Source: a bacterium
GTDB taxonomy: Bacteria; Patescibacteriota; Dojkabacteria; SC72
Direction of reading: 5' to 3'
DNA: 58,903 bases
Assembly (NCBI GenBank): GCA_021107795.1
Contig: JAIOSB010000009.1
Coordinates: forward strand, 1 to 58,903
In this document: piece by piece, positions 1 through 9,652 of the stretch
Layout of the letters: each line of letters opens with the position of its first letter
Position numbering within the stretch: position 1 is the first letter of the stretch
The notes under the pieces: generated by a model
Database searches by the model: none
Told to the model about the DNA's origin: nothing
Seen by the model: only the letters and a program-made list of their open reading frames with translations
Made by a program: the position numbers and the translations under genes

Positions 1-77
1 AATGCACTGAATGCTTCTCTTAACTGCTCATCACTGATTCCCCAGCTAAGATTACCTACAAATAGCTTTTTTGCCAT
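1..77 (-). CDS. RRM-type RNA-binding protein, N-terminal fragment (gene runs off the left edge)
   Basis: The reverse complement has ATG at 77..75 and reads MAKKLFVGNLSWGISDEQLREAFSA. LFVGNL matches the RNP-2 hexamer of small bacterial RRM proteins. Confidence 0.7.
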   Translation of the reverse strand, partial: MAKKLFVGNLSWGISDEQLREAFSA

Positions 78-213
78 ATTGTGTAAATAATAATAATTAA
101 AATTGGCTATACCACACGGGGAGATCTATCACTCTAAGCAGTTACGTAGAACGCACTCACTCAAATAGCGTGAAGATTATAACACATACCATTCAAATAA
201 GATATAGGGTAGA

Positions 214-1032
214 ATGATGAACATGAATAACGAAATAAAAGAGTTTTTTGAAGAGAATAGTATAGAAGGAATAGTGTTTGATTTAGACAGTACATTGACA
301 GACACAAAGAGCTGGCTGTTATTTCTGTATAAGAAATTCTCAATTAGAATATCCACATATATTAATAAAAAATACAGGCTGTCAATTAATACAGAGGATT
401 TTACCCAAGCATACTATCAATCAGAATTTATAGAATACAAAATGGGGAATGTTAACTTCGTGACTAGATTCCCCAGCTCCATATCAAGAACCCTCAGCTC
501 TCTTAAACTAAATAATCTTGACGAAAAAGATATCGTTAACAAATTTACAGAACAGATTAAAGAAATCTATACCCTCTCTGCAGACCCTTTCGATGGTACA
601 CTAGAACTTTTACACACCCTCCTAGCTTTCACAAAAGTAGCAATATGTACACACTCAGGAGAAGACTGGACCAAAATTAAGATGAATTCTTTAAAATCGA
701 AGTATAAAGAACTCTATGGCAACATACCCGATATATACTCCTACTATGTTGATATAAATAAACCCAAAAACACATCAGAATGGATTAAAGCAGCCAATAC
801 AACAAATTCAACTCCAGAAAAACTAATAGCCGTGGGCGACAATTTTGATGCTGACATCCTCCCTGCAGTAGAAGCAGGATATAAATATATCATATGGCTA
901 TCATTATACAACGATGACAAGGAACAGGATATAAAGAAATTAAAAAGCCAAGGAGTAAATATTGCTGTAATCAAGCACATCAAAGAGTTAGAGAACCTCC
1001 TTACATCAAACCAACCCTTTGAAGATATTTAA
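214..1032 (+). CDS. HAD-superfamily hydrolase
   Basis: HAD motif I DLDSTLTD lies near the N-terminus and a GDNFDADI acidic motif near the C-terminus. The substrate is unknown. Confidence 0.7.
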   Translation: MMNMNNEIKEFFEENSIEGIVFDLDSTLTDTKSWLLFLYKKFSIRISTYINKKYRLSINTEDFTQAYYQSEFIEYKMGNVNFVTRFPSSISRTLSSLKLNNLDEKDIVNKFTEQIKEIYTLSADPFDGTLELLHTLLAFTKVAICTHSGEDWTKIKMNSLKSKYKELYGNIPDIYSYYVDINKPKNTSEWIKAANTTNSTPEKLIAVGDNFDADILPAVEAGYKYIIWLSLYNDDKEQDIKKLKSQGVNIAVIKHIKELENLLTSNQPFEDI

Positions 1033-2515
1033 TATCGTAATACACAAACCTCTCCTCTGGCATTAGTAAAACCATATCTACACCCAACCCCTCCACAAAC
1101 TTAGGCTCATGACTTACCATGATGACTGTACCTTCGTATTCTCGCAAAGTCTGAAGCAATATTTCTTGTGAAGAAGGATCTAGATATGTAGTAGGCTCAT
1201 CTAAAAGTAAAACATTTAGATTCTGTGAGAAAAGTTTTGCTAATGCCAATCTAGTCTTCTCACCACCTGAAAGAGTACCAACCTTTTGATAAACCATCTC
1301 TCCACTAATTAGAAACCGACCCAAAAACTTCCTCCAATACTCATTAGTCCAACCGTCAAGTGTTGATAAACTACAAACATTCTCTAAAACGGTCTTACTA
1401 TAATCCAAATTCTCATACTCCTGTGCATAGTAACCAACTAATGCACCCTTACCCCATAAATACTTACCCTTGGTTTGTTCTAACTTCCCTGCAAGTATTT
1501 TAAGTAAAGTAGTCTTACCAACTCCATTCTTACCAATTATTACAACCTTCTGACCTCTCTCTACCTCAAGATTAATATCTTCTAGTATCACATTCTCCCC
1601 ATACTTTTTAGATACTCCCTCTATAAGCAGAACCTCCCTAGAACACCTCTGTGGAGTAGGGAGAGTGATCTTCATTCTCTTACTCTTGGCCAACATTGCC
1701 TCTTTCTTTCTAATCTCTACCTTTAATTCTGCTACCTTTTCAAACCTTCTAGAAGCCCGTTTGGCCTCTTTGTAGGTCTGTCTACCCGACAATTGTTGAG
1801 CTGATTTCTCTAACCTTTTAGCAGACTTAGTAATATTGGTAATTGCACGAACCAAAGAAGCATCTTGCATAGCTTTTAACTTAAGAAACTTGTCGTAATT
1901 ACCCTTGTAAACTTCCACATTATTATTTAACTCATTTAAAAACCATATCTTGCTTAAACCACGATTCATAAGACGAAGATCATGGGACACAACTAATACT
2001 GCATTAGGATAGTTGATAAGGTATCTCATCAACCACTCTGAAGATGGAATATCAAGAAAGTTTGTAGGCTCATCTAATATTAAAATATCCGGTCTCCTCA
2101 AAAGTATCCTTATTAACTCCACCTTAATCTTCTGTCCTCCAGAAAGTTCTCCAAGTACACTCTCACAATCTTTATCATTCATATTAAGATTGTTAAGAAA
2201 CTTACTAATCTCCCACTGCTCAACATCAAGTCCCTGATCAAGTATTAAATATTCTGCAATAGTTAGGGAGGAATTCTCATACTTAAACCCTATCTCCTTA
2301 TGTATCTCTTGAGAAAGATATGAATACGATCCTTTCATACTAATCTCCCCACTATCCTTCTCTACCTTTCCTACAATCGCTTTAAGAAGAGTAGACTTCC
2401 CCGCACCATTCACTCCTACTACTCCAACCTTTTCTCCTCTTCCTAAGAAAAGAGATATATCCTTCAATATTGTTTTACCTCCTACTTCGTAAGAAAGGTT
2501 TTTAATTTGTAACAT
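1001..2515 (-). CDS. ABC-F family ATPase (tandem ABC domains, no membrane domain)
   Basis: Two Walker A loops (GVNGAGKST, GKNGVGKTT), two signature motifs (LSGGQK, LSGGEK), two Walker B motifs (ILILDEPTN, LLLDEPTT) and a basic inter-domain linker. Confidence 0.9.
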   Translation of the reverse strand: MLQIKNLSYEVGGKTILKDISLFLGRGEKVGVVGVNGAGKSTLLKAIVGKVEKDSGEISMKGSYSYLSQEIHKEIGFKYENSSLTIAEYLILDQGLDVEQWEISKFLNNLNMNDKDCESVLGELSGGQKIKVELIRILLRRPDILILDEPTNFLDIPSSEWLMRYLINYPNAVLVVSHDLRLMNRGLSKIWFLNELNNNVEVYKGNYDKFLKLKAMQDASLVRAITNITKSAKRLEKSAQQLSGRQTYKEAKRASRRFEKVAELKVEIRKKEAMLAKSKRMKITLPTPQRCSREVLLIEGVSKKYGENVILEDINLEVERGQKVVIIGKNGVGKTTLLKILAGKLEQTKGKYLWGKGALVGYYAQEYENLDYSKTVLENVCSLSTLDGWTNEYWRKFLGRFLISGEMVYQKVGTLSGGEKTRLALAKLFSQNLNVLLLDEPTTYLDPSSQEILLQTLREYEGTVIMVSHEPKFVEGLGVDMVLLMPEERFVYYDIKYLQRVGLM

Positions 2516-2590
2516 AGCAACCTATTATATCTCTTGATACAATTAAGAGAAAGCTATATATTGTATCAATAACTTTTGTAACTCTTCTCC

Positions 2591-3604
2591 ATGACCAATT
2601 ACCACGGATCACTTTGCTTAATGTCTTGCAACTCAGGATTGGAATTCTCTAAGAAGCTCTTAAAAGAGGTTAATAAAATAACAGGAAAGAAATTACACTT
2701 ACTTAAAACAGAAGAGATAATATTTGCAAACAGGGAAATCAAAAGCATACTTAACGAAAGCATTCGAGGCAAAGATGTCTTCATCGTCCAAGACATGGAA
2801 AATCACTATGATGGGAAAAGTGTAGATGAAAATCTTAGGGCTTTATACACAATGATTGGAGCCTGTAGAAGATGTGATGCCAACTACATTACAGCAGTAA
2901 TCCCATCCTTCCCCTATGCAAGGCAAGACAAGCAAAGTGGAAGAGAAGATATAACGGCAGCAAGAATAGCGTGGGAATTGGAGGGAGAGTTAGGTGCAGA
3001 CCATATAATAACCATGGATTTACACAATACAGCAATACAAGGATTTTTTAGATCAGCACAAATTGAAAACCTAAGAGGTAGTCAAGTACTACTTCCATAT
3101 GTGGCAAAGCAAATCCAAAGCCCTGAGAATACTGTATTCATTCCCACAGATCTTGGTGGTGCTAAAAGTGCTAATTACTACGCACGGAAGTTAGGTACTC
3201 AAGTAGCTTTTACATACAAAACTAGAAATTACTCCAAAGCAAATACCGTAGCAGATATTGAAATAATGGGAGATGTGAAGGATAAGGCTGTATACATAAT
3301 AGATGATATGATTGATACTGGAGGGACTTTTTGCAAAGCATTGGAGGTCGCAAAAGAGAATGGAGCAAAGGACGTCATAGGAATAACTACTTTTGCATTA
3401 CTTCATGGGAATGCAATGAAGAAACTTGAGAAATTGCATAGTAAAGGGATGCTAAACAAAATAATTTGTACTGATGCTACATATGTACCCAAAGACCTTC
3501 TTAAAAAACATAAATGGATAGAGGTCATATCTGTAACAGAGTATTTCGCAGAAATAATACATAGACTTAATACCAGACAATCAATCGGAGAACTCCTAGA
3601 CTAA
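2591..3604 (+). CDS. prs: ribose-phosphate pyrophosphokinase
   Basis: FPYARQDKQ and the PRPP-binding loop YIIDDMIDTGGT, with overall Prs-like layout. Confidence 0.9.
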   Translation: MTNYHGSLCLMSCNSGLEFSKKLLKEVNKITGKKLHLLKTEEIIFANREIKSILNESIRGKDVFIVQDMENHYDGKSVDENLRALYTMIGACRRCDANYITAVIPSFPYARQDKQSGREDITAARIAWELEGELGADHIITMDLHNTAIQGFFRSAQIENLRGSQVLLPYVAKQIQSPENTVFIPTDLGGAKSANYYARKLGTQVAFTYKTRNYSKANTVADIEIMGDVKDKAVYIIDDMIDTGGTFCKALEVAKENGAKDVIGITTFALLHGNAMKKLEKLHSKGMLNKIICTDATYVPKDLLKKHKWIEVISVTEYFAEIIHRLNTRQSIGELLD

Positions 3605-3644
3605 GATATTCTGGCAATTAGTTAATCCATGGTAAAATACCCCC

Positions 3645-4913
3645 ATGCTAACCACTTTCTACATCAAAACATACGGTTGTGCTATGAACATAGCGGATAG
3701 TAATACCATTCGTAATCTACTCACATCATACTCCCTACAAGAAAGCAGTGATTGGAAAAGCGCAGATCTCATCATACTTCTCACATGCAGTATTAGACAA
3801 CAAGCAGAAGACAAAGTAGCAGGGTGGGGGATAAAAGCAAATGAAGAGATATTTGAAGATAAGATTGTCATATTAACTGGATGTATGGCACAAAGATACA
3901 ACAGAAGCTCCAACTCAACCATAGATAAATATGAGAAACTCTTACAAAAAAGATTCCCTTGGATTACACACCTCATCAATATTAAAGATATAAATCAACT
4001 ACCAAAGATTTTAGGAATTGATAATAACGATTTGATTGAGAATCCAAATATTAACTTTGACAGAAATAATAAATACCAAGGACTCTTTTCGATATCTCAT
4101 GGCTGTAACAACTTCTGCTCATACTGCATTGTTCCATATACAAGAGGTAAGCTATTCCATATCCCAAAGGAAGAAATACTTAAAGATATAAAGGATTTCA
4201 TATCCAATGGAGGGAAACTAGTCACTCTACTTGGTCAAAATGTAAACAGTTGGGAAGATGACGGTGATAATATTGTAGACCTACTGAAAGAAATTTCAAA
4301 CATCAAAGGAAAGTTCTGGATTAATTTCATCTCTTCACATCCAAAAGATTTCTCAGATGAATTGATAGAGTTAATTACAACAAATGAAAAACTTCTTAAA
4401 CACTGCCATATTGCAGCACAGTCAGGCTCAAACAGAATCCTTAGATTGATGAACAGAGGATATACCAAGGATAGATTTCTAAACATTTGTAAAAAGATTA
4501 AGACCTCATGCCCTGACTTTAGAATTACAACTGATGTAATCGTGGGGTTCCCTTCAGAAACAGAAGACGATTTTAATGATTCCATATCCTTAATCAAAGA
4601 ATGTAGAGTTGAGATGGTCTATATTGGGAAGTTTTCACCAAGAGAGAGTAGTGTAGCATATGATATGAACGATGATGTAGAGTTTAATGTCAAAAAGGAT
4701 AGAGAGGAAGTTATTAGAAAGTTAGTAAACAAGGTTAGAGAAAAGAAGCATAAAGAATGGATAGGTAAGGCGCTCCCTGTATTAGTAATTAGTAAGAACA
4801 AGGGTATTACATACTACAACCATGAAGTTTTGTTAGAAAAAGAATATAAAGAGGGGAGTATACAAAATATTAAGATTATTGGATACAGCAGAAGTGGATT
4901 AGTAGGAATCTAA
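3645..4913 (+). CDS. MiaB/RimO-family radical-SAM methylthiotransferase
   Basis: An N-terminal UPF0004-like region (YIKTYGCAMN), a radical-SAM cluster motif CNNFCSYCIVPYTRG and a TRAM-like C-terminal region. Confidence 0.85.
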   Translation: MLTTFYIKTYGCAMNIADSNTIRNLLTSYSLQESSDWKSADLIILLTCSIRQQAEDKVAGWGIKANEEIFEDKIVILTGCMAQRYNRSSNSTIDKYEKLLQKRFPWITHLINIKDINQLPKILGIDNNDLIENPNINFDRNNKYQGLFSISHGCNNFCSYCIVPYTRGKLFHIPKEEILKDIKDFISNGGKLVTLLGQNVNSWEDDGDNIVDLLKEISNIKGKFWINFISSHPKDFSDELIELITTNEKLLKHCHIAAQSGSNRILRLMNRGYTKDRFLNICKKIKTSCPDFRITTDVIVGFPSETEDDFNDSISLIKECRVEMVYIGKFSPRESSVAYDMNDDVEFNVKKDREEVIRKLVNKVREKKHKEWIGKALPVLVISKNKGITYYNHEVLLEKEYKEGSIQNIKIIGYSRSGLVGI

Positions 4914-5308
4914 GTGTATATTCTAGATTCAAGGACACCTACTAAACTAATTTTTCTGTTATACACCACATTATATCCATAGGCTTCTATTAAATGCGAA
5001 GACTCCAGCAACTCTCCATTTCTGTCAAAGACAAAACGTTTAATAAAATGTCTTTCTTCATCTACAGTCTCAAACATCGTATACACCATACCACCATACA
5101 CAAGATTACACTTATCGATATCGAAATGATAATATTTATCATTTATCATCTCCTCATCCAAAACTTCTTCATACCAAGACTGGGAACCACGAAAAGGATA
5201 CTCCTCTTCTATACGTTCAACTATTTGCTGAATAAACTCGGCGTTTTGAGTCTTTTCATTTAACAGTTGTTTCTCTTGTAAGGCTAACATAATCCGACAT
5301 TTTATCAT
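4910..5308 (-). CDS. hypothetical protein
   Basis: A 132-aa ORF fills the gap between the MiaB-like gene and def. No motif was recognised. It overlaps the convergent MiaB-like stop by 4 nt. Confidence 0.45.
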   Translation of the reverse strand: MIKCRIMLALQEKQLLNEKTQNAEFIQQIVERIEEEYPFRGSQSWYEEVLDEEMINDKYYHFDIDKCNLVYGGMVYTMFETVDEERHFIKRFVFDRNGELLESSHLIEAYGYNVVYNRKISLVGVLESRIYT

Positions 5309-5337
5309 TTCTCCAACATTTTTGATATAATCTCCAT

Positions 5338-5826
5338 ATGAAGCAATTAAAAATCCTTACAATAGAAGATCCAAAAGAAGAGGAAGTTTTAAGAACTCCC
5401 TCAATAAAAGTTACCCCCGAAGAACTTAAAACGGAAGAATTCCAAAAGTTTCTAGACAACCTCTTACACACCGCACTCACAAGCGAGGAGCAAGTAGGTA
5501 TACAATCAGGAGGGATATCAGCTCCACAGGTAGGAGTAAATAAGAAAGTTATATACATCCTCGATTACGACACTAACGAATTTGAACTCCTAATAAATCC
5601 TCAAATACAAAATATTGGAACAAAAACAAATATAGATATGGAGGGGTGTTTAAGTATCCCTAATGTTGAAGGAAATGTTGAGAGATACAGTAAGATAAAG
5701 GTGAAATATATGAACAAAGATGGGAATACAGTAAAAAGAAGATTTAACAACATTAACGCTAGGGTAGTACAACATGAAAACGACCACCTTGAAGGGATTC
5801 TCTTTATCGACAAAACAGTAGACTAG
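5338..5826 (+). CDS. def: peptide deformylase
   Basis: The three deformylase motifs are present: GISAPQVG, EGCLS and QHENDHLEG. Confidence 0.95.
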   Translation: MKQLKILTIEDPKEEEVLRTPSIKVTPEELKTEEFQKFLDNLLHTALTSEEQVGIQSGGISAPQVGVNKKVIYILDYDTNEFELLINPQIQNIGTKTNIDMEGCLSIPNVEGNVERYSKIKVKYMNKDGNTVKRRFNNINARVVQHENDHLEGILFIDKTVD

Positions 5827-5880
5827 AAATTTCTCTCAACAATCTATACAATGATGTTAGTAATATTATTATCTTTTTAA

Positions 5881-7038
5881 ATGAAAAAAATTCTCTTTAC
5901 ACTTCTAATAATCTTTTTAATCCCAAGCACACTGTTTGCTCAAGACGATATCTCCGTTGACGACATACTTGGAGATACAGATAATGTAGATGTTGATCAA
6001 GTAGAACAAGATGAGGAAGAAAGAATAGAAGAAATTGAAAACGAATTAAATATATTAATACCTGAGTATACAGACAACCCAAGCCATATCGTTACATTTG
6101 TAGACCCTTCAGAAGACAAAGTTGGTGTTGAACTAGATATTGATGAAGAGGGCTTCAAGAATATAGAGAGTCCATACGCACTCCCATCGCTGGGTATTGG
6201 TGAACATCATCTTAAGTTTAGATTTGTTGACTCTCTTGGATCTACTAAACTACTTGAATATGACACCCTTATCATTCCAAGACCTCCAATTGTAAAAGCT
6301 CCTACATTTGAAGATAGTGTACTCACCATCTCTGGTACAGGATTTGCAAATAGTGAAGTGATAGTAACACTCTCTGTTCATGCATCAAACTTTGTAGAAA
6401 TCGCAGAGACAGATTCTGAGGGTAATTGGAGCTTATCTATAGATCTAGAATCCGCAGTAGATGGAATATACACAGTATTTGCATATACTAGGAAAGACGG
6501 CTATGCTAGCAATCCAAGTGAAAGTGCTGTTCTCTCATATGGTGATACTAATGGGACATCACTCTCTGGAAGTGATAATCGAGAAGACATTTTCTTTTCC
6601 TTCAACAACATCACCTTTGATAATATTCCGACTATTCTAAGCCAAAACACAGATCTAATAATAACCCTCGTTGGATTCCTACTCCTTGGCTCTACTATTT
6701 CTGCTATTCTAATCACACTACTTAAAAAGAGAGGCGAGGGAGAAGTCAACAAGGCATTCTCTAAGAAAATAAGTCGTACTAGTACCCCAACAGAAGAGAA
6801 AACTCTTTTAGAGGTATTCTCTGAGAAACCAACAAAGAAAGAGAAAAAAAAGGAAGTATTAATAAAAAAGAAAGAGAAGAAGAAGTCTACAAAGAAAGGA
6901 ATTACAATATCTAAGAAAGACTTTCTTAAAAACTTCAAGAAGTTTGACCCTGATACAGAGAAAGGTAGAGTAAACAAAGGCCCTAGCAAGAAAGATAAGA
7001 AGGAGATTGTAATATCACTCACATCCAAGAAACCTTAG
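5881..7038 (+). CDS. secreted/membrane-anchored surface protein with Ig-like region and Lys-rich cytoplasmic tail
   Basis: Signal peptide MKKILFTLLIIFLIPSTLFAQ, an acidic stretch and beta-rich modules (SEGNWSLSIDL). One TM segment (LIITLVGFLLLGSTISAILITLL) is followed by a tail of roughly 100 aa rich in K/E. Confidence 0.6.
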   Translation: MKKILFTLLIIFLIPSTLFAQDDISVDDILGDTDNVDVDQVEQDEEERIEEIENELNILIPEYTDNPSHIVTFVDPSEDKVGVELDIDEEGFKNIESPYALPSLGIGEHHLKFRFVDSLGSTKLLEYDTLIIPRPPIVKAPTFEDSVLTISGTGFANSEVIVTLSVHASNFVEIAETDSEGNWSLSIDLESAVDGIYTVFAYTRKDGYASNPSESAVLSYGDTNGTSLSGSDNREDIFFSFNNITFDNIPTILSQNTDLIITLVGFLLLGSTISAILITLLKKRGEGEVNKAFSKKISRTSTPTEEKTLLEVFSEKPTKKEKKKEVLIKKKEKKKSTKKGITISKKDFLKNFKKFDPDTEKGRVNKGPSKKDKKEIVISLTSKKP

Positions 7039-7119
7039 CCAAGATGGTGGAACTGGCAGACACGCTACGTTCAGAGCGTAGTCCAGTAATGGGTGGGGGT
7101 TCAACTCCCCCTCTTGGCA
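7038..7119 (+). tRNA. tRNA-Leu (anticodon CAG)
   Basis: Hand-folded cloverleaf: acceptor GCCAAGA/TCTTGGC, anticodon stem CTACG/CGTAG with loop TTCAGAG, long variable arm, T-arm GGGGG-TTCAACT-CCCCC. No encoded CCA. Confidence 0.9.
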
Positions 7120-7123
7120 GATT

Positions 7124-8899
7124 CTATCTCACAAATTCCCAATTATGCACACTCCTATATACATCTTCCAATCTAACTACATTTTCAAATTCAATACCTT
7201 GTAATTGATCACTTACCAAATAGAGATATGATGGTCTATACAAAAAGACTGCAGGAACATCATCTACTAAGTATTTTTGAAATAGGGCATAATCTTCCTT
7301 TCGATCCTCCTGGTCTAACTGCTTCCTAGCCTCCTCAAGAAGAATATCTACACGACTATATTCATATCCAGACAGATTTAGATTTGGATATTCCTTCTGT
7401 AAAGAATGCCACAGATTATACTGATCCGGGTCAATACTAACCTCTATTTCATACATTAAAACTTCAAAGTTTCTAGTAGCAAGAATCTCCTTTGTCAATT
7501 GCGAATATGTAAAAGGTTCAAGATTAATGATAACCCCCTCACTATCCAACAACTCTTTTAGAGTATTCATCAACACTGCATTTGTCTCATTATCTAAATA
7601 ACTAATTGCTAGAGTTAATAATTTCCCATCCTCCGTTTGAAAATATCCATTCTGTGCATTTGGTGTATATCCTGCACTCTTTAAGCTAGCAGCAGCTTTT
7701 TCAGGATCATAGGTAGGATAATCAGGGAGAGAAGAATAAGCCCAGTTCTCCGAACAGATTGGTCCAGAAATCACATGACCAAATATTCCCGTCTCACTTA
7801 ACAATGTCTCCTTATCTACAAGATAACTAATTCCTTTCCTAAGTGCTTCATTCTGGAATTTGTCTTTCCTTAAATTAAAAAACAAAACCCTCTCCCTATA
7901 TGGCAAATCTATAACATGAGAAATATAAGAGGGGTATTCTTTCGTGAACTCTGACTCACTATTGTAAGATAAAACAATACCATCAAGAACACCATTCCTA
8001 AAGGCTGCTTCTAACTTAGACACATCTGAATATATCCTAATTACCATATCAGAAATCCTTAGTCGATGATTATAATACGCAGACGATTCTAAATAAACAA
8101 TATTAGGTTCACTCCTATGTATCTTGTACGGACCAGAACCTATTGGATTTCTTGAAAAGATATTAAAGGGCATATCAGAAAATTTCACATTTTCTAAGAT
8201 ATGCTTTGGAACAATATATACAGAGACAATCTCGGGGAAAGTAGCATTTGTCTGAGGCAGTACAAACTTAATTGTATCTTCATCCACAATCTCCACTTCT
8301 ACATCAACCAGTGCTGAACCAACAGTATCATATCCATGATCTGAAGAAAGTTTCTTTGCTGTTTCAAATGTAAAAAGAATATCATCGATAGTTAGTGATT
8401 CACCATCACTCCAAGTATGATTTAGTGATATATCAAATTGATATATCTTCCCATCTTTACTAACCTCCCAAGAAGTAGCAATTCCAGGAGTCATCTCCCC
8501 ATCCATATCTATATATATTAGTTTTTCAAATACTAATTCTTGAATAGCTTTATCTACATCATTTTGATTACTAAAGAGAGGATTAAATGTCGATATAGCG
8601 CCAACACGCCCCTCAACATACTGTGCGTATTTCTTAGAAGTAATACTCTTTGCAAATGTTTCACTCCTTAAAAAGGTGAATAAACCGAAACCTATTAACG
8701 CAAAAACGATAATGATACTTAATGGAGAAGTAGCTTTTACAAAACTACTAAGATTGTCTGGATAATTCCAAAGGAAATCTCTCATTGAAAATCTCTGAGA
8801 TTTATTTGTACCACCCATGTCAGACCTAGGGGAAATCTTTGTGAATGCCTCCCTCATAGTCACAACCTTTTTGGATACTATCTTCTTTGATTTTGACAT
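7124..8899 (-). CDS. ABC-transporter family-5 (peptide/nickel type) substrate-binding protein, membrane anchored
   Basis: A 591-aa protein with an N-terminal TM anchor (LSIIIVFALIGFGLFTF). Its length and sequence character are typical of SBP_bac_5 proteins (GSGPYK, WSDGE motifs). Confidence 0.75.
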   Translation of the reverse strand: MSKSKKIVSKKVVTMREAFTKISPRSDMGGTNKSQRFSMRDFLWNYPDNLSSFVKATSPLSIIIVFALIGFGLFTFLRSETFAKSITSKKYAQYVEGRVGAISTFNPLFSNQNDVDKAIQELVFEKLIYIDMDGEMTPGIATSWEVSKDGKIYQFDISLNHTWSDGESLTIDDILFTFETAKKLSSDHGYDTVGSALVDVEVEIVDEDTIKFVLPQTNATFPEIVSVYIVPKHILENVKFSDMPFNIFSRNPIGSGPYKIHRSEPNIVYLESSAYYNHRLRISDMVIRIYSDVSKLEAAFRNGVLDGIVLSYNSESEFTKEYPSYISHVIDLPYRERVLFFNLRKDKFQNEALRKGISYLVDKETLLSETGIFGHVISGPICSENWAYSSLPDYPTYDPEKAAASLKSAGYTPNAQNGYFQTEDGKLLTLAISYLDNETNAVLMNTLKELLDSEGVIINLEPFTYSQLTKEILATRNFEVLMYEIEVSIDPDQYNLWHSLQKEYPNLNLSGYEYSRVDILLEEARKQLDQEDRKEDYALFQKYLVDDVPAVFLYRPSYLYLVSDQLQGIEFENVVRLEDVYRSVHNWEFVR

Positions 8900-8901
8900 A
8901 T

Positions 8902-9132
8902 TTACTCTCCTAATTTAAGTAGGGTGAGAGATAGTACTATCAACATAATCACCAATATGACAGTGAAGTAGTACAAGAATTTCTCTAACCCTCTCTTCGT
9001 TCTAAAGACCTCACCACCTCCCCCAAACATCTTCCCTAAACCTTCCGCTCTGTTTTGGAGTAGTACACTAACAACTAGTAGTATAGAGACCACTATTTGA
9101 ACAATTAGTAGAGTATTGTAAATATTATTCAT
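8902..9132 (-). CDS. secG: preprotein translocase subunit SecG
   Basis: A 76-aa protein with two TM segments and the central Gly-rich loop LLQNRAEGLGKMFGGGG. Confidence 0.8.
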   Translation of the reverse strand: MNNIYNTLLIVQIVVSILLVVSVLLQNRAEGLGKMFGGGGEVFRTKRGLEKFLYYFTVILVIMLIVLSLTLLKLGE

Positions 9133-9151
9133 ATGCTCATTATACTACACC

Positions 9152-9559
9152 TTAAACACTTTTTCCTAGAGTAAAGAAGATTGTACTAAGAAACGAACTA
9201 AATGTAGAAATTATAAGGATTGTAATCATTGGTATAACTTCAAATCCATTGATTTGTAAGAAGTCCAGATTAATACCTTCAAATGTTACAGTATTGATGA
9301 AAAAACCTGTCATAAAAATTTCAAGCAAAAAGAATATTCCTACTAACAATAATGATGACAACAAGAAATAGGTAATAAAGTTTACTTTGATAGTAAGGAA
9401 ATCCAAGAATGGCTTTGTAATCATTACCCCCATACTTAATATTATTAGGGTAGCACAATAGTACAAGACTATTTCAGGCATAACAATTCCCTGAAAAAGT
9501 ATGGTTGTAAAGAAGAAAACAAGCAATAGAAGCAACAAATTGTATATAGATTCCTTCAT
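9152..9559 (-). CDS. small integral membrane protein (about 4 TM segments)
   Basis: A highly hydrophobic 135-aa ORF with no enzymatic motif. Confidence 0.5.
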   Translation of the reverse strand: MKESIYNLLLLLLVFFFTTILFQGIVMPEIVLYYCATLIILSMGVMITKPFLDFLTIKVNFITYFLLSSLLLVGIFFLLEIFMTGFFINTVTFEGINLDFLQINGFEVIPMITILIISTFSSFLSTIFFTLGKSV

Positions 9560-9652
9560 ATAGGCAGTATAAAAGGTTAAATAGTTCTACTACATCTTAA
9601 TACATCTAAATTCGGTTGTAAAACTCATACCTATCCCATATACTGTAATAAT

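Noticed and set aside
5881-7038. A second sortase substrate (NIPTIL followed by a TM segment and KKR)
   Set aside because: The basic region after the TM segment continues for roughly 100 residues, unlike the short charged tail of sorting signals. The motif does not match IPQAAG beyond the IP.
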